DNA of 61,058 nucleotides, counting the filler. It is 8 parts of 8 records of this genome, joined end to end, with 100 filler letters (N's around TTAATTAATTAA, not from the genome) between each part and the next. Parts side by side here need not be neighbours in the genome. Positions count along the whole stretch, not along the records: positions 34,912 to 39,974 come from SRR31147125_49512; positions 40,075 to 47,362 come from SRR31147125_49530; positions 47,463 to 61,058 come from SRR31147125_49531; 5 more parts are not named here. One strand, given 5' to 3'. The notes below the pieces were generated by a model, which was given only the letters and a program-made list of their open reading frames with translations, had not been told where the DNA came from and made no database searches. This document shows positions 36,209 through 47,543 of the stretch, piece by piece. Every line of letters begins with the position of its first letter. The stretch's first letter is position 1. Position numbers and translations under genes: made by a program.

Positions 36209-36511
36209 CCATAAAAACAGCATCTATGGGAATCAGGAATTATATATTAGGGAGATCAGTCCCCTAACTTTGCTGTTACCAGTTTAATATTTGAGGCAAC
36301 TTTGAGAAATGGTCTTTTTACCCAAACTCTGCGTTGTGCGTGTCAATTTTATCCTCGATCTATATGGATACGAGAAAATTTTCGTGCACGCCTTGATTTT
36401 GAAAGAAAATCGCAATTTAGATTCCCTTAAGCTGTTAAGATAACAACCATTTCCTATTATCTAGTTTATCACGATTAAATGGACACACAGTATAATTTCT
36501 CGGAGGGAAAT

Positions 36512-36892
36512 ATGGGAAAAAAAGCAATCATGACGGAAAAGGCTCCCGCTGCAATCGGCCCTTATTCTCAGGCAATTGAAAGTAATGGTTTTGTTTTCAC
36601 GTCTGGTCAGTTGCCGGTTGATCCAGATAACGGAAAAATCATCAATGGCACAATTGAAGATCAAGCTCACAGGGTTTTCCAAAATCTTGTAGCCATCGCA
36701 GAGAAAACTGGGATGACATTAGAGAATGTGGTGAAAACAACAGTTTTTTTGGAGAAAATTAGCGATTTTCAGGCAGTAAATGCTGTATATAAAGAATATT
36801 TCAAGGTGCCATATCCAGCACGGAGTGCGTATCAAGTTGCAGCTCTGCCTTTAGGTGCAGCCATAGAAGTTGAGGTAATCCTTCAGCGATAA
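36512..36892 (+). CDS. ridA: RidA-family enamine/imine deaminase
   Basis: APAAIGPYSQA, SGQLP, VVKTTVFL, PARS.YQVAALP, IEVE; ATG 36512 after GGAGG. Confidence 0.93.
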   Translation: MGKKAIMTEKAPAAIGPYSQAIESNGFVFTSGQLPVDPDNGKIINGTIEDQAHRVFQNLVAIAEKTGMTLENVVKTTVFLEKISDFQAVNAVYKEYFKVPYPARSAYQVAALPLGAAIEVEVILQR

Positions 36893-37143
36893 AACGAAAT
36901 TGTCACAAGAATGAAAGGTATATACCACTATGGTTGGCCTTCACCACAGTAAACTTTCTTTGGTTGAGTTTAGAAATAAGCAACCAACCTTAGATTAGCT
37001 GATATCATAAAATCCTTGAAGAGGAGACTTCGTGCTTAACCCCTTTATTACATTATTGACTGCTAGAAAATTTTGCCATATCAACCACTTTTCTAGCCTA
37101 GGAGGGGCTGACTCCCTCCAGTCCCTCCTAATTTTGAAGTTAA

Positions 37144-37462
37144 CTAGGAGCCTGTCGGAGTAAGACCTTACCCGCTCATAAAAAATACGGTTATCGTATT
37201 GTTTTCTATGTTGAAATTAAAGCAAACCCGTCTGGAAAAGCTTCAAGAAGCAAAGAAAGCACTGGAAGAAGAAGCCCGGGCTGAAGCTGCGAGAAAACAA
37301 GCGGATTACGAAGCCAAAAAGGCTGCTTATGACAAGAAAACAGGTCGTCGTGGTTGAGCTCCGAAACCTCCCTCAGGTAATTCTCCGGATCAGAGAATGC
37401 TGAGGTGTTTTACCGATCCCGAGTCCCGTATTATGCCGATCAGAGGAGGCAAGGATTTCATG
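37144..37462 (+). mobile_element. Degenerate IS1182-family insertion sequence remnant
   Basis: Terminal-IR-like CTAGGAGCCTGTCGGAGTA, then RLEKLQEAKKALEEEARAE...RRG*APKPP...FTDPESRIM (IS1182 motif TDPxSRIM) with an in-frame TGA at 37355. No start codon or DDE domain. Confidence 0.7.
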
Positions 37463-37564
37463 TTCGGGGATGTCGTTTAGACCCAGCCTGTGAATATAAT
37501 CGGCAAGATCTTGCGATTCACTCACCTCTCACCCCCAGAACCTGATTCAAAGGTGGCTTTTATG

Positions 37565-39510
37565 TCACCGTTCAATCTGCTTTAATTTTCTCCACAATGT
37601 TGTCCGGCTCACCCCTAGTAGTTTCGCCGCTCTGGTTTTCGAGAACTCGGCTTCTCGCAGTGCATTGCGTATTATTTCGGCTTCTGATTCCGGGTCGGTA
37701 AGCCTGAGAGAGGTCTTTTCCGGTTCAAGAGGTTGCCGGGGTTGCGTTGCCGCATGGTCATCGTCGAGAATGGTACTCAACTCCTTGAACATGGTTTCAA
37801 GCGTGCTGGTGCTGAATTGAAAAGCGCTGTTCAATGCCAGCTGTTCTGCGAAATGTTTTAGTTGTCTGACATTTCCCGGCCACGAGTAGCCTGACAATTT
37901 ACGCAAATAAGGATCTGGTAGAACCAACGGCTTTACGCCGAGCTTACCGGTATGATAATGTATGAAATGATTCAGCAGCACAGGAATATCTTCCTGTCTT
38001 CCCCGCAATGGCGGAATGTTGATGCGGAGTACATTGAGCCTGAAAAAGAGGTCTTTTCTAAAGTGACCGCCGGTGACTGCGGACCACAGATCTTTACCCG
38101 CAGCTGCAATCACTCTGACGTTAACTGGTATTTTCCTGTCGCCGCCGATCCGCATCACCTCCTTTTCCTGCAAAACCCGGAGAAGGCGCAATTGAACATT
38201 TTCGGAAGTGGAGTCTACCTCATCGAGGAAAATGGTTCCCTGATGTGCCATTTCGAACAGACCGGGCTTGCCGCCTCTTTTCGATCCTGTGAACGCTCCC
38301 TCCTCATGGCCGAACAGCTCACTTTCAAGAAGTTGCTCCGGAAGGGCGCCGCAGTTCACGGAAACGAACGGCATTTTTTTCTGCTGCTCACATTATGAAC
38401 AGACTGCGCGACAACTTCCTTGCCGGTGCCGGTTTCTCCAGTAACGAGAACGGTGGAGTCCGTTTTAGCGAGTTCTTTGCAGGTGCATGCGATGGTGTGC
38501 ATCTCCGGACTTTGATAGACGAGATCGTCCAGGGTATAATTTGCGATAAAACCCTTTGTCAGCGACCGTCTAACTTTACTTTCGGCCCGCATGACCGTTG
38601 AGACCTCCTTGAAGGTGGAGACGACACCTACCGTTTGTCCCTCGATCTGCAAAGGTTCCTGGTTGTAGATGAAGAGGTTGTCATCGAGCCGCTCTATTTT
38701 TTCATTTACAGGTTTGTGGCTCTGCAGCGTCATCAGCAGATCGTTGTTCTTGATCAGTGTTGAGATCGGTTTTCCGATTACGTCTTTGTTTTCCACACCA
38801 AGCAAAGTTCGTGCTTTACTGTTTATGGTTGTTAGATTTCCCAGCGAATCAATTGAGATTATGCCGTCGGAGGCCAGATTTATAATGGATTGATAACGGT
38901 AGGTCGTTGCTTTTTCTTCACGGTTGGACAGCGCTGCTGATTTGGCATTTTCTATGGTTTCCAGAATATCGTGGATAGGTGTTTTCAATTCCTGGTAACG
39001 TAAGCCATATTTCATTGCATAACGCATTGATGCGGCCCCGCCGATAACTACCGCGAATCCCTCCTGAGCTGCTGTGTATATAATCTGCTCGAGACTTGCG
39101 GAGTTTGCATAGACTCCCTGTTTGAATTCTATATCGAGCAATTCTCCGACGAGCTCGAGCCCTGGAACTTCAGCGCCTGCGTTGGGCAGAAATATCTTTT
39201 TGCCCGCTTTAGGCAGATCCTGCAAAGCATCGGATGCCAGTTTGATGCTGGTCATTACGCTCAGTGAGGATTGAGGAAATGACAAAACGGGGGTCTGCAG
39301 ACTCTCCCTAAGCAGGTTTGCGGTGCCTCGCCTGCTGATAATGACCTCTATGCCTTCCCGTTCCATTTGTTTTCCAATGGGAATGGCATCCTCGAGTGTC
39401 TTGTGCGAGATCGTAAAGCTGTCCTGCTGTTCCTTGGCAATCCGATTGATCTCATTGCCCAGAGACGTGCTGGAGATAAATACTCCGATATTGAAAAGAT
39501 CCGTTCTCAT
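37565..39510 (-). CDS. PrpR-type sigma54 activator (PrpR_N, PAS, AAA+, Fis HTH; frameshift near 38375)
   Basis: [10 protein letters not shown] (PrpR_N), PAS segment, [35 protein letters not shown]. One added A joins ORFs 38356-39570 and 37565-38374. Start codon uncertain. Confidence 0.88.
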
Positions 39511-39533
39511 GTTCCCGGTGATGTTTCGTTTCT

Positions 39534-39568
39534 GTTTCTCTATGAAACGATTATTTTCAATTTGGAAC
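39534..39568. promoter_or_regulatory. Tandem dyad enhancer (UAS) candidates for the PrpR-type activator
   Basis: GTTTC-N5-GAAAC at 39534-39548 and imperfect TTTTC-N5-GGAAC at 39554-39568, 20 bp apart and about 200 bp upstream of the sigma54 site. Confidence 0.5.
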
Positions 39569-39764
39569 ATATTGTCAACACCTTTGAATGCTTTTATACC
39601 GGAAGAGCGCGTTTGAGTTACCTATGCAACAAAGATACCCCCTTTGCATGTTCATTTATAAGTTTTTGATTTTACAGGTAATGATGTCGGACATGCCAAA
39701 GTTTTACGGATAATTTTCATTGATAGGTGCAACAGAGAGCCAAAACGTTCCACCGGCGAAAAAG

Positions 39765-39780
39765 TGGCACGTTTTGTGTA
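39765..39780 (+). promoter_or_regulatory. Sigma54 (-24/-12) promoter for tcuA
   Basis: TGGCACGTTTTGTGTA versus consensus TGGCACG-N4-TTGCW (perfect -24, GT instead of GC at -12); divergent from an enhancer-binding protein gene. Confidence 0.6.
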
Positions 39781-39846
39781 ACGCTTATCGTGACTATTCG
39801 TGAAATCAAGTCCAGCAAACGCTCAATACAAGGAGGTAACCAGACC

Positions 39847-39974
39847 GTGGCAGATTTATCCAAAACCTATGACGTGCTCGTTATCGGCGGCGGCAATGCT
39901 GCGCTGTGCGCGGCAATGACAGCCCGGGAAGCCGGCGCATCCGTTCTGGTGCTCGAAGCTTCCCCTAAGGATTT
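39847..39974 (+). CDS. tcuA: FAD-dependent tricarballylate dehydrogenase TcuA-like, N-terminus only
   Basis: GTG after AGGAGGT; YDVLVIGGGNAALCAAMTAREAGASVLVLEASPK matches the TcuA/CobZ N-terminus. Only about 42 codons present. Confidence 0.7.
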
Positions 39975-40074
39975 NNNNNNNNNNNNNNNNNNNNNNNNNN
40001 NNNNNNNNNNNNNNNNNNTTAATTAATTAANNNNNNNNNNNNNNNNNNNNNNNNNNNNNNNNNNNNNNNNNNNN
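39975..40074. other. Artificial contig spacer
   Basis: N44-TTAATTAATTAA-N44. Confidence 0.98.
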
Positions 40075-41786
40075 TTTTTTAATCCTGACCCGCGAGAAGA
40101 CACCTATATTGGAGACGCAATCGATAACGTGGCTAACGATGAGGCCGACATGATTATCGTTGCATCTCATGCAGGACTTGGATTTGGCGATAGAGTCAAT
40201 ATTCCGCCGGGAAAAGATGAGCTCGTTGCAAGGCATGGAATAGGCACGAAATCAGGGAGGGTGGTTGATCTCATCTTGTCGGCGCATTCCCATGTTCAGT
40301 TGAATCATGCAATCAATGTTGAAAATCCTTTATCCGGCAAAACTCCGCTTGTGCAGGCAAAAGAAGCAGGCGAGTTCGTCGGATTTTTGTCCTATGAAGT
40401 CGATATAACAAACAACAAACCCGCGCTTACAGACTATCACCTGATTCAGGTCGATTCGACAATTGAGGAAGATAAAGATATAGCGGCGATAGTTGATGAG
40501 TTGAAATCAGATATTGTTTCCAAATATGGAAATGTATTTGAAAACGAACTTGGTGTAAGTAATGTGGAGTTAAGTCATCGATCAAAGGCACAAAGTGGGT
40601 TGGGGCAGATTTTGGCCGATGCCTTTAAATGGAAGCTGAATAAAGAAAACCTGCCTTGTGATTCTGCAATGTTGATTCCTTCCATTTATAGAGCTGATTT
40701 ACAAAAAGGCAAAATCACGGAGAACGATGTTTACGATATTGTTCCTTTGCATGTGCTTGACGATAACGGCAGAAACGATGAACCTATCGTTATTTTGCAA
40801 TTCACTCCGGGACTATATGACTTTTCGATTTTGGGAAATGAAGCTTCCGAGATGAAAAACATCACGGCGGTCGAATACATTCTGGAAGCGATTTATTCAC
40901 TGACGGAAGTTATGGAGCAAATTCAGAAGGGCGCGAGTGACCAGCTTAATCTCGAAGTGGTTCAGCTTTCAAACATGAGCTACCAACTCGATTCGACAGC
41001 CCCGATTTTTAAAAGGATAAAAAGAGATTCTATCAAATTTGACGGGAAACCGATAGACAAGGATAAAACATATTCCTTGGCGATTATCCATTCAGTCGGC
41101 AGCAATCTCGCGTATATCCTCAACGAAATCATTACTATGGTCGATGAAAATGGATCGAAAAGAAACAAGGCTCTGATTATTCAAAATGACGGAAAACCGT
41201 ACATCGATAGTGAAATCGAAGGCTGGGTAGCTCTTAAAGATTATATCAAGGAGCATTACAAGAATGATGGAAAAGTTCCCGATAACGCTCTTGTGACTGG
41301 CGACAGATTCAGGACTGTCGAGCCTGATTTGACAGTCAATCCTTCTGAAATTCTTAGTGATGTCGAAGTTCCTGTCCGTGGTAGCACAGTCAAGTTGACG
41401 GCAAAAATCAGAAATCTTGGCGATGCACCTGTGTCATCCGCCAAGGTGAAATTCTTCTACGAATCAACTCCTGGGATTTGACGGATGATGATGATGGACG
41501 TTTGGAACTTGAAGGATTCGACAAGGATTTCATCGGATCTTTGAAGCTTATTGGTGAGCAAACTGTATCCGTCGAAGCATATCCGAAAACAAAAGATGCA
41601 AGTATCGAATGGGAAATTCCCAAAGAGCTTGCACCCTACAATTATCCGATAGTTGTAGTTATTACCGATGTTCAGTCAGATACTGTTAATCCGCATACCG
41701 GAGAAAAGTACGAAGAAACAATCCTTGGCAATAACTATGGCCCGGATCAATCAATGAAACTCAAAATAGTAGCGGAAGAGCTTTAG
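40075..41786 (+). CDS. 5'-nucleotidase / metallophosphoesterase with C-terminal CARDB domain (5' truncated; frameshift near 41471)
   Basis: ADMIIVASHAG, DLILSAHSH, LVQA...GEFVG, QSGLGQILADAF, RADLQKGKIT..DVYDIVP; CARDB PDLTV...AKIRNLGDAP...E...GNN. Confidence 0.82.
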
Positions 41787-42057
41787 ACGTTGGGAAATTG
41801 AAAATTTAAGTTTTTTTCTCATTATTATCTAAAAAACTGCAACTTGAGACTTAATCCAGAGCTTCTATAATCATTAAATACCACATATACCACTATTTTA
41901 TGATTTGTGATTTAATGCATTTCTCCAAACTTGACAAAGAAGTAAAAAAAGTAGAATTTCGATGCGAATTAATAAATTTTAGGTATTGATTGCTGAAATT
42001 CCAGTGTCTAGAAATAATTAAAGTTATTGTTCACTTTTAAAACAGAGGTTGTGCGTA

Positions 42058-45000
42058 ATGAAACAATTTTTTTCTGTGTTCCTCGTTGTTTTTTTTGTAG
42101 CTTCAGGCTGTGCTGATTCCGGAAATTCCGAGAATAATGGTGCTACAGATGGAGATGTAACTGAAAACACCCAATCGGATGGAGATTCTTCTGAAAATGA
42201 AGCTCCTGATGCGGATAAAGATACGACTATATTCGTTGATGGAGATGGGGAAGAAAATGAAGTTGATTCGGTGGAATACGACAACACTGAAACCGACACC
42301 AGCGAATCCGTGGATGAATCTGACAGTGAGATTACTGAAAATGTGGAGTCGGAGTTGACTGATGGAGATTCGACTGAAGAGGAAAGCGATGTCGAAAAGT
42401 CCTGTGAACCATATACCAGAACCTGTTTCGGCAATTCGGTTTTTGTTTGTAACAAATTTGGAACCGGATATGATCCTCCAATAAACTGTGGAACAGACCA
42501 GTTTTGCCAAAGTGGTGTTTGCCAGGATCATCTTTGTACTCCAGATGAAGTAGCCTGTCATGATAATACTTCATACAAAGTTTGTATGGCAAATGGTGCA
42601 GGATACGGAGATATACTCTCTTGTGGAGCAGGTTTTTATTGCCGTCTTGGTGAATGCAAGCAAATGGTTTGTGAACCGGATGAAAAAGGATGTCTTGGCA
42701 ATGCATGGTCTCTATGCGCCTCGGATGGTTCCGGATGGGGAACTACTACTTCATGTACAAACGATCAATTCTGCAAAGATGGTTCTTGTCTTGCTCAGGT
42801 TTGTACTCCTGGAGAGTGGAGTTGTGACGGAACTAACGCAAGACGTAAGTGTAAAACCGATGGTTCCGGCCTGGAAGATCCTGTAGATTGTGGAAGCGAT
42901 AAATACTGTGAAGGTGGATTATGCAAAACTCAGGTTTGTAAACCATTATCAACTACCTGTGAAGGCAATGGCGTAAAAACATGCAATGCTCTTGGTTCGT
43001 CGTATGACCAGGCAGTGCCTTGTGAAAGCGGGAAGCTCTGTATAGAAGGTGTTTGTCTTGATACTATGTGTACGCCGGGAACGAAAGTTTGCGGTGGCGA
43101 CAGCGTTTTGACCTGTCTTTCTACCGGTGATGGTTACAGTACTCCTGTAGCGTGTGGAGATGGAAAATACTGTTATGAAGGTAGTTGTCTTGGCCATGTT
43201 TGCACACCGAACGAAAGAACCTGTGACACCGGTAAGAAAAAGACTTGCAATGAAAACGGTTCGGCATGGAATGATCCTGTTGCATGTAAAGTGGAACAGT
43301 ATTGTGATGGTGGATATTGCTATGACCATAAATGTGAACCGGGGAGTACGATTTGTGAAGACAATGATTCAGTAAAAACGTGCAAGTCAGATGGTTCTGG
43401 ATATGAAATTCCTGTCGGATGCGGAACGGATAAAGTTTGTGTAACCGACGCTTGCATAGATACGAAATGCGTTCCATCAACGCTTGATTGTGAAGGTAAT
43501 TCCGTAGTTGTGTGTAATGCAACCGGTACCGGATATAATACTCCGACTCCCTGTGGAAATGACAAATACTGTGATTCCGGAGTTTGTTATCAGCAGGTAT
43601 GCACTCCTGATGTCTCGAAATGTGAACAAAACTCAGTTGCAACTTGTGATTCCATCGGTTCGGCGTGGGGTGATCCTGTTTCATGCGGAGCGGAATATTA
43701 TTGCAGTAGCGGTGCATGTCATCCATGGGCTTGTACACCAGATGCAAAGGAATGTAGCGGTGATTTTGCCTTTCATGTCTGCGAAGCGGATGGTTCCGAT
43801 TGGGGTGGTGATGAGCAATGCGGGTCTGGCAAATACTGCGATCAAGGAAGTTGCAAGGCTCAGGCTTGTACTCCGGGTGAAAGCGAATGTATTACCGATA
43901 CGAGTTTGAGAGAGTGTAATTCTCAAGGTTCTGCATGGCTTATAGATGAAGATTGCCTAGGGAATTACGTATGCGAGGAGGGAAAATGTTACGATCCTTC
44001 CGATCTGCCGGATACAGATATTCAGGTAAATTTTGTTTCTCCCGCTCCGGGCGAAACGGTTCAACTGACTCAAGGTGAAGATACGAGTGTTTCAGTAAAT
44101 GCATTTATGACTGGTGGATCCATAACTTCCGTTGAGTTCTATGTGGATGATGAGCTTCAGGATACCGATACCGAACTTCCATATCAATTCGATTTTGCTG
44201 TTCCTGCATCGGCAGATACCGGCACGAAATACGAGCTTTTGGCAAAAGCTCACGGCAATAATGGCAGATTCAATAACAGCCAGCCGGTATACGTGGAAGT
44301 AAGAAACGATCCTCCTGTGGCCGATTTCACGGCAGTTGTCACGGGTCCCGGTGTTGTGGAAGTAAACGCCGGAGCAAGCAGTGACAGAGAAAGTGATACA
44401 GCAAATCTTGAGGTCAGATGGGACTGGGATAATGATGATGTCTTTGATACCGATTGGACTACAACAAAGACAGACCAGCATACTTATTCCACAATGGGAA
44501 CGCACACCATTCAGGTGGAAGTGAAGGACGAGGATAACCAGACAGATTCTACTACAAGAACCGTAAATTTCTCCACTGTGATGGATGTATATGGAGAAGT
44601 GACTTCCACTACTTGGTATGGAACAGTTAATGTCCGTGGTGATACGTGGGTACCTGCTGGTGAAACACTAACGATTTCAGCTGGAACAAACGTCATTTTC
44701 CTTGCCGTTGATAATAGTCCGATGGACGGAATAGGGGATTACGATCTGGTTATCAATGGAAGTATCGTTGTAGAAGGTACTGCCGCAAACCCTGTAACCT
44801 TTACCGCCTCGGCAGGAAATACCGTGGCCGATAGCTGGAACATGGTTAAGCTTTCTTCCACTTCATCGGGTAACTTCTTTGAATACGCAATTTTCGAGTA
44901 TGCGCATACCGGTCTCGATATGAGTGCGCCAGCGGCTATCAGTGATTGTGAATTCCGATTCAACAATGTTGGTATAAAAGCAACCAATACATCGGAAGAT

Positions 45001-47278
45001 ATAATGATAATCGATACCACGGTTAGGGATTCGCTTAATCAGGGAATTTATCTAAATGGTGCAGAGGTGGATACAACAGGAATGTTGGTTTACGACAATG
45101 GATCTATTGGTATCGATTTGAAAAACGGTGAAGGTTCCAAGTTTACGGATTGTATTGTTTCTACGAATGGTACTCATGGTTTCAAATTAACAGGTGATAG
45201 TGCTGATATCAGCGAATGCGAAATTTCCCAAAATAGCGAAACCGGTATCTATTATCTTGGCGAAAGCGGTGGAACTGTCACGCATTGCGAGATAAAAGAC
45301 AATAAGCATGAGGGTGTTCGCTCAAAATATTCAGGTAGCTACAGTCCCGACCCGACTATCAACTGGAACAACATTTATAACAATGGTTCTGTTTCAAGCT
45401 TTATCATTGAGCATCTGAGCAACTCGGCAACGACAACAGGTTCCTATGACAGCGGATACAAAACCGGTACTCAATTCAATACTCCTTCAGGAGAAACGAT
45501 TCTTTACGTAAAAGAAGGTTATTCGGAGTATGATTCTTCATACAGTAACTATATAAGGGGATATATCAGAAAATCAAATGGTAATACTGGCATAATTTCT
45601 CATGACACTGGATCAAGTGCAAAATGGAAGGATATTTCTGGTAATAGTGCGACTGGGTTGATTCCTGTCGTCTATGATAACAAATCCAGCTATTATGGTA
45701 ATCAGACAATATATAATGTAGCGTATATGGGAAGTGTTCCAAAGCAGATTTCCGTGCTTAGTCTTGGTTCTAAAGTAGATGCCCGTTTTAACTATTTCGG
45801 TGCTTGGCCGGATGTTTTGTCGGTAATTAGCTATAGCAGCACATCGCATCTTGATATTCAGGGATTTGTCGGTGTCAAGTTTGATGATAATTGGGATAAG
45901 GGTCCATATTATGGTGGTGTTAACCTTGAATCGGATGAAACATGGACTGGTGACATTTATATTACAGGTAATGTGACACTAGATACCGGTGTTACCTTGA
46001 CTATTGCCAAAAATACGACAGTACATTTTATCGGTACTGACCAGAACCGTGACAATATCGGTGACTGGAGACTTGATCAAGCTGAAGGAACTCTTGATGT
46101 CAACGGTGGTATCGGAGAAGAGGTTACTTTCACAATGCATGGTGATATTCCATCCGGTGGAGGCTATCAGTATGTTGGTGGAATTGGAACAGGATCAGCA
46201 ACTATCGAGAATGCAGTTTTGGAAGAAGGTAAAAACGGTCTGTTCTTCCATAACGGAAGTGCAGATTTAAATCGTGTCACAGTTAAAAACTGCCATCAGG
46301 ATGGAGTTGTTTTGAAATCATCTGCATCCGCAACCATTATCTCGTTGACTGTAAAAGACAATGCCAGTTCAGGTATCTTCGTTAATAACTCTGGTGAAAC
46401 TAGTATGGACTACATCGTAAGCATGAACAATGGAGAATGGGGCATAAAAATGACTTCTGCCACAAACGCCTCCAATGCCTTGACAAATAGTACTATCACT
46501 CAGAACACCGAAGGTGGTATCATCCTTACTGGTTCAAAGTGCAATATCGGACACAATAACATTACCTATAACGGATATGGAATCAGGTATATCGGCGATT
46601 CTTCAGGAACGGTTGAATACAATAATATCGCCACGAATGATCTTGACGGAATATACCTGACATATACGAGTAGTTCCGAGCCGTCTCCTGTGATAAATAA
46701 CAATAACATCGAGGAAAACGCTCTTGACTATGATTCCGATAGTGGAACATATGGCGGAATCGGTGGATTTGCTGACTATATCGATCTTTCTGCGGTTACT
46801 GATGGATCCTATGATAGCGGATATGAAAATTCAACTACATACAATACCAATGGACCGAAAATTGAATATCTTCAGGCAGGTTATTCCGAGTATGATTCAA
46901 GCTACAGCAACTATGTCAGAGGCTATTTGATGGCGAATTCTTCAGCTTACAAAGACTGGGATACTGGAAGTAGTCAGAAATGGTATGATGTAATATCTGA
47001 AGGCTTTACCAGTGTTTACGCCAGAGTGTATGACAACAAAGAGTAGTTATTGGGGGAACGTGACAATAAAGACCGTTTTCTATCATAAACCGGTTGATTC
47101 AAGCAATCCGCTTCCGGTAGAGTTGAGTGCTGTTTTGCCTTCTTCTACGCTAAACGCAAATGGTAACTGGTGGGGAGTGGATGTTGGGATAACTGACAGG
47201 ATTGCTCAGGCTGTTCCGGGCTCCGTAGACATTACTGGTTCCACAAGTAATCGTGTGCCGGGTTGTGGTCCGCAATAG
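42058..47278 (+). CDS. Giant lipoprotein: acidic linker, 12 six-Cys repeats, Ig-like and PKD domains, two right-handed beta-helix modules (frameshift near 47040)
   Basis: Lipobox-like VASG-C; ITSVEFYVD..PYQFDF (Big-like); NDPPVADF...VRWDWDND...HTY...IQVEVKD (PKD); PbH1-like GI.L repeats. Removing one A at 47038-47040 gives DNKSSYWGN, matching the internal copy DNKSSYYGN. Confidence 0.85.
42400..43998 (+). repeat. Twelve tandem 44-45-aa cysteine-rich repeats
   Basis: Unit C-x-P-x4-C-x7,8-C-x3-G-x2-[WY]-x5-C-x5-C-x2-G-x-C, counted 12 times; divergent at the DNA level. Confidence 0.9.
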
Positions 47279-47329
47279 AAATATGATCCAATATCCCAAC
47301 TTGCTCACAATCGGGTAAGTTGGACACTA

Positions 47330-47359
47330 AAAAAGGGCTCGAATTTTCGAGCCCTTTTT
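47330..47359. terminator. Bidirectional rho-independent terminator
   Basis: AAAAAGGGCTCGAA-TT-TTCGAGCCCTTTTT perfect inverted repeat; a second hairpin CCAACTTGCTC...GGGTAAGTTGG lies just upstream. Confidence 0.88.
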
Positions 47360-47362
47360 GTG

Positions 47363-47462
47363 NNNNNNNNNNNNNNNNNNNNNNNNNNNNNNNNNNNNNN
47401 NNNNNNTTAATTAATTAANNNNNNNNNNNNNNNNNNNNNNNNNNNNNNNNNNNNNNNNNNNN
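47363..47462. other. Artificial contig spacer
   Basis: N44-TTAATTAATTAA-N44. Confidence 0.98.
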
Positions 47463-47543
47463 GTTTAAGCATATAAAAGAATAATATATCAAAGTGCAAA
47501 ACGGCATATTAACAATATCCTAATTTAATATCCTGAATAGGAG

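Noticed and set aside
37355-37357. In-frame TGA as selenocysteine
   Set aside because: It lies in a truncated IS1182 transposase fragment at a non-Cys position; simple decay.
8588-47462. Seven identical TTAATTAATTAA units flanked by N, as a repeat or CRISPR-like array
   Set aside because: Artificial six-frame-stop linkers used to concatenate contigs.
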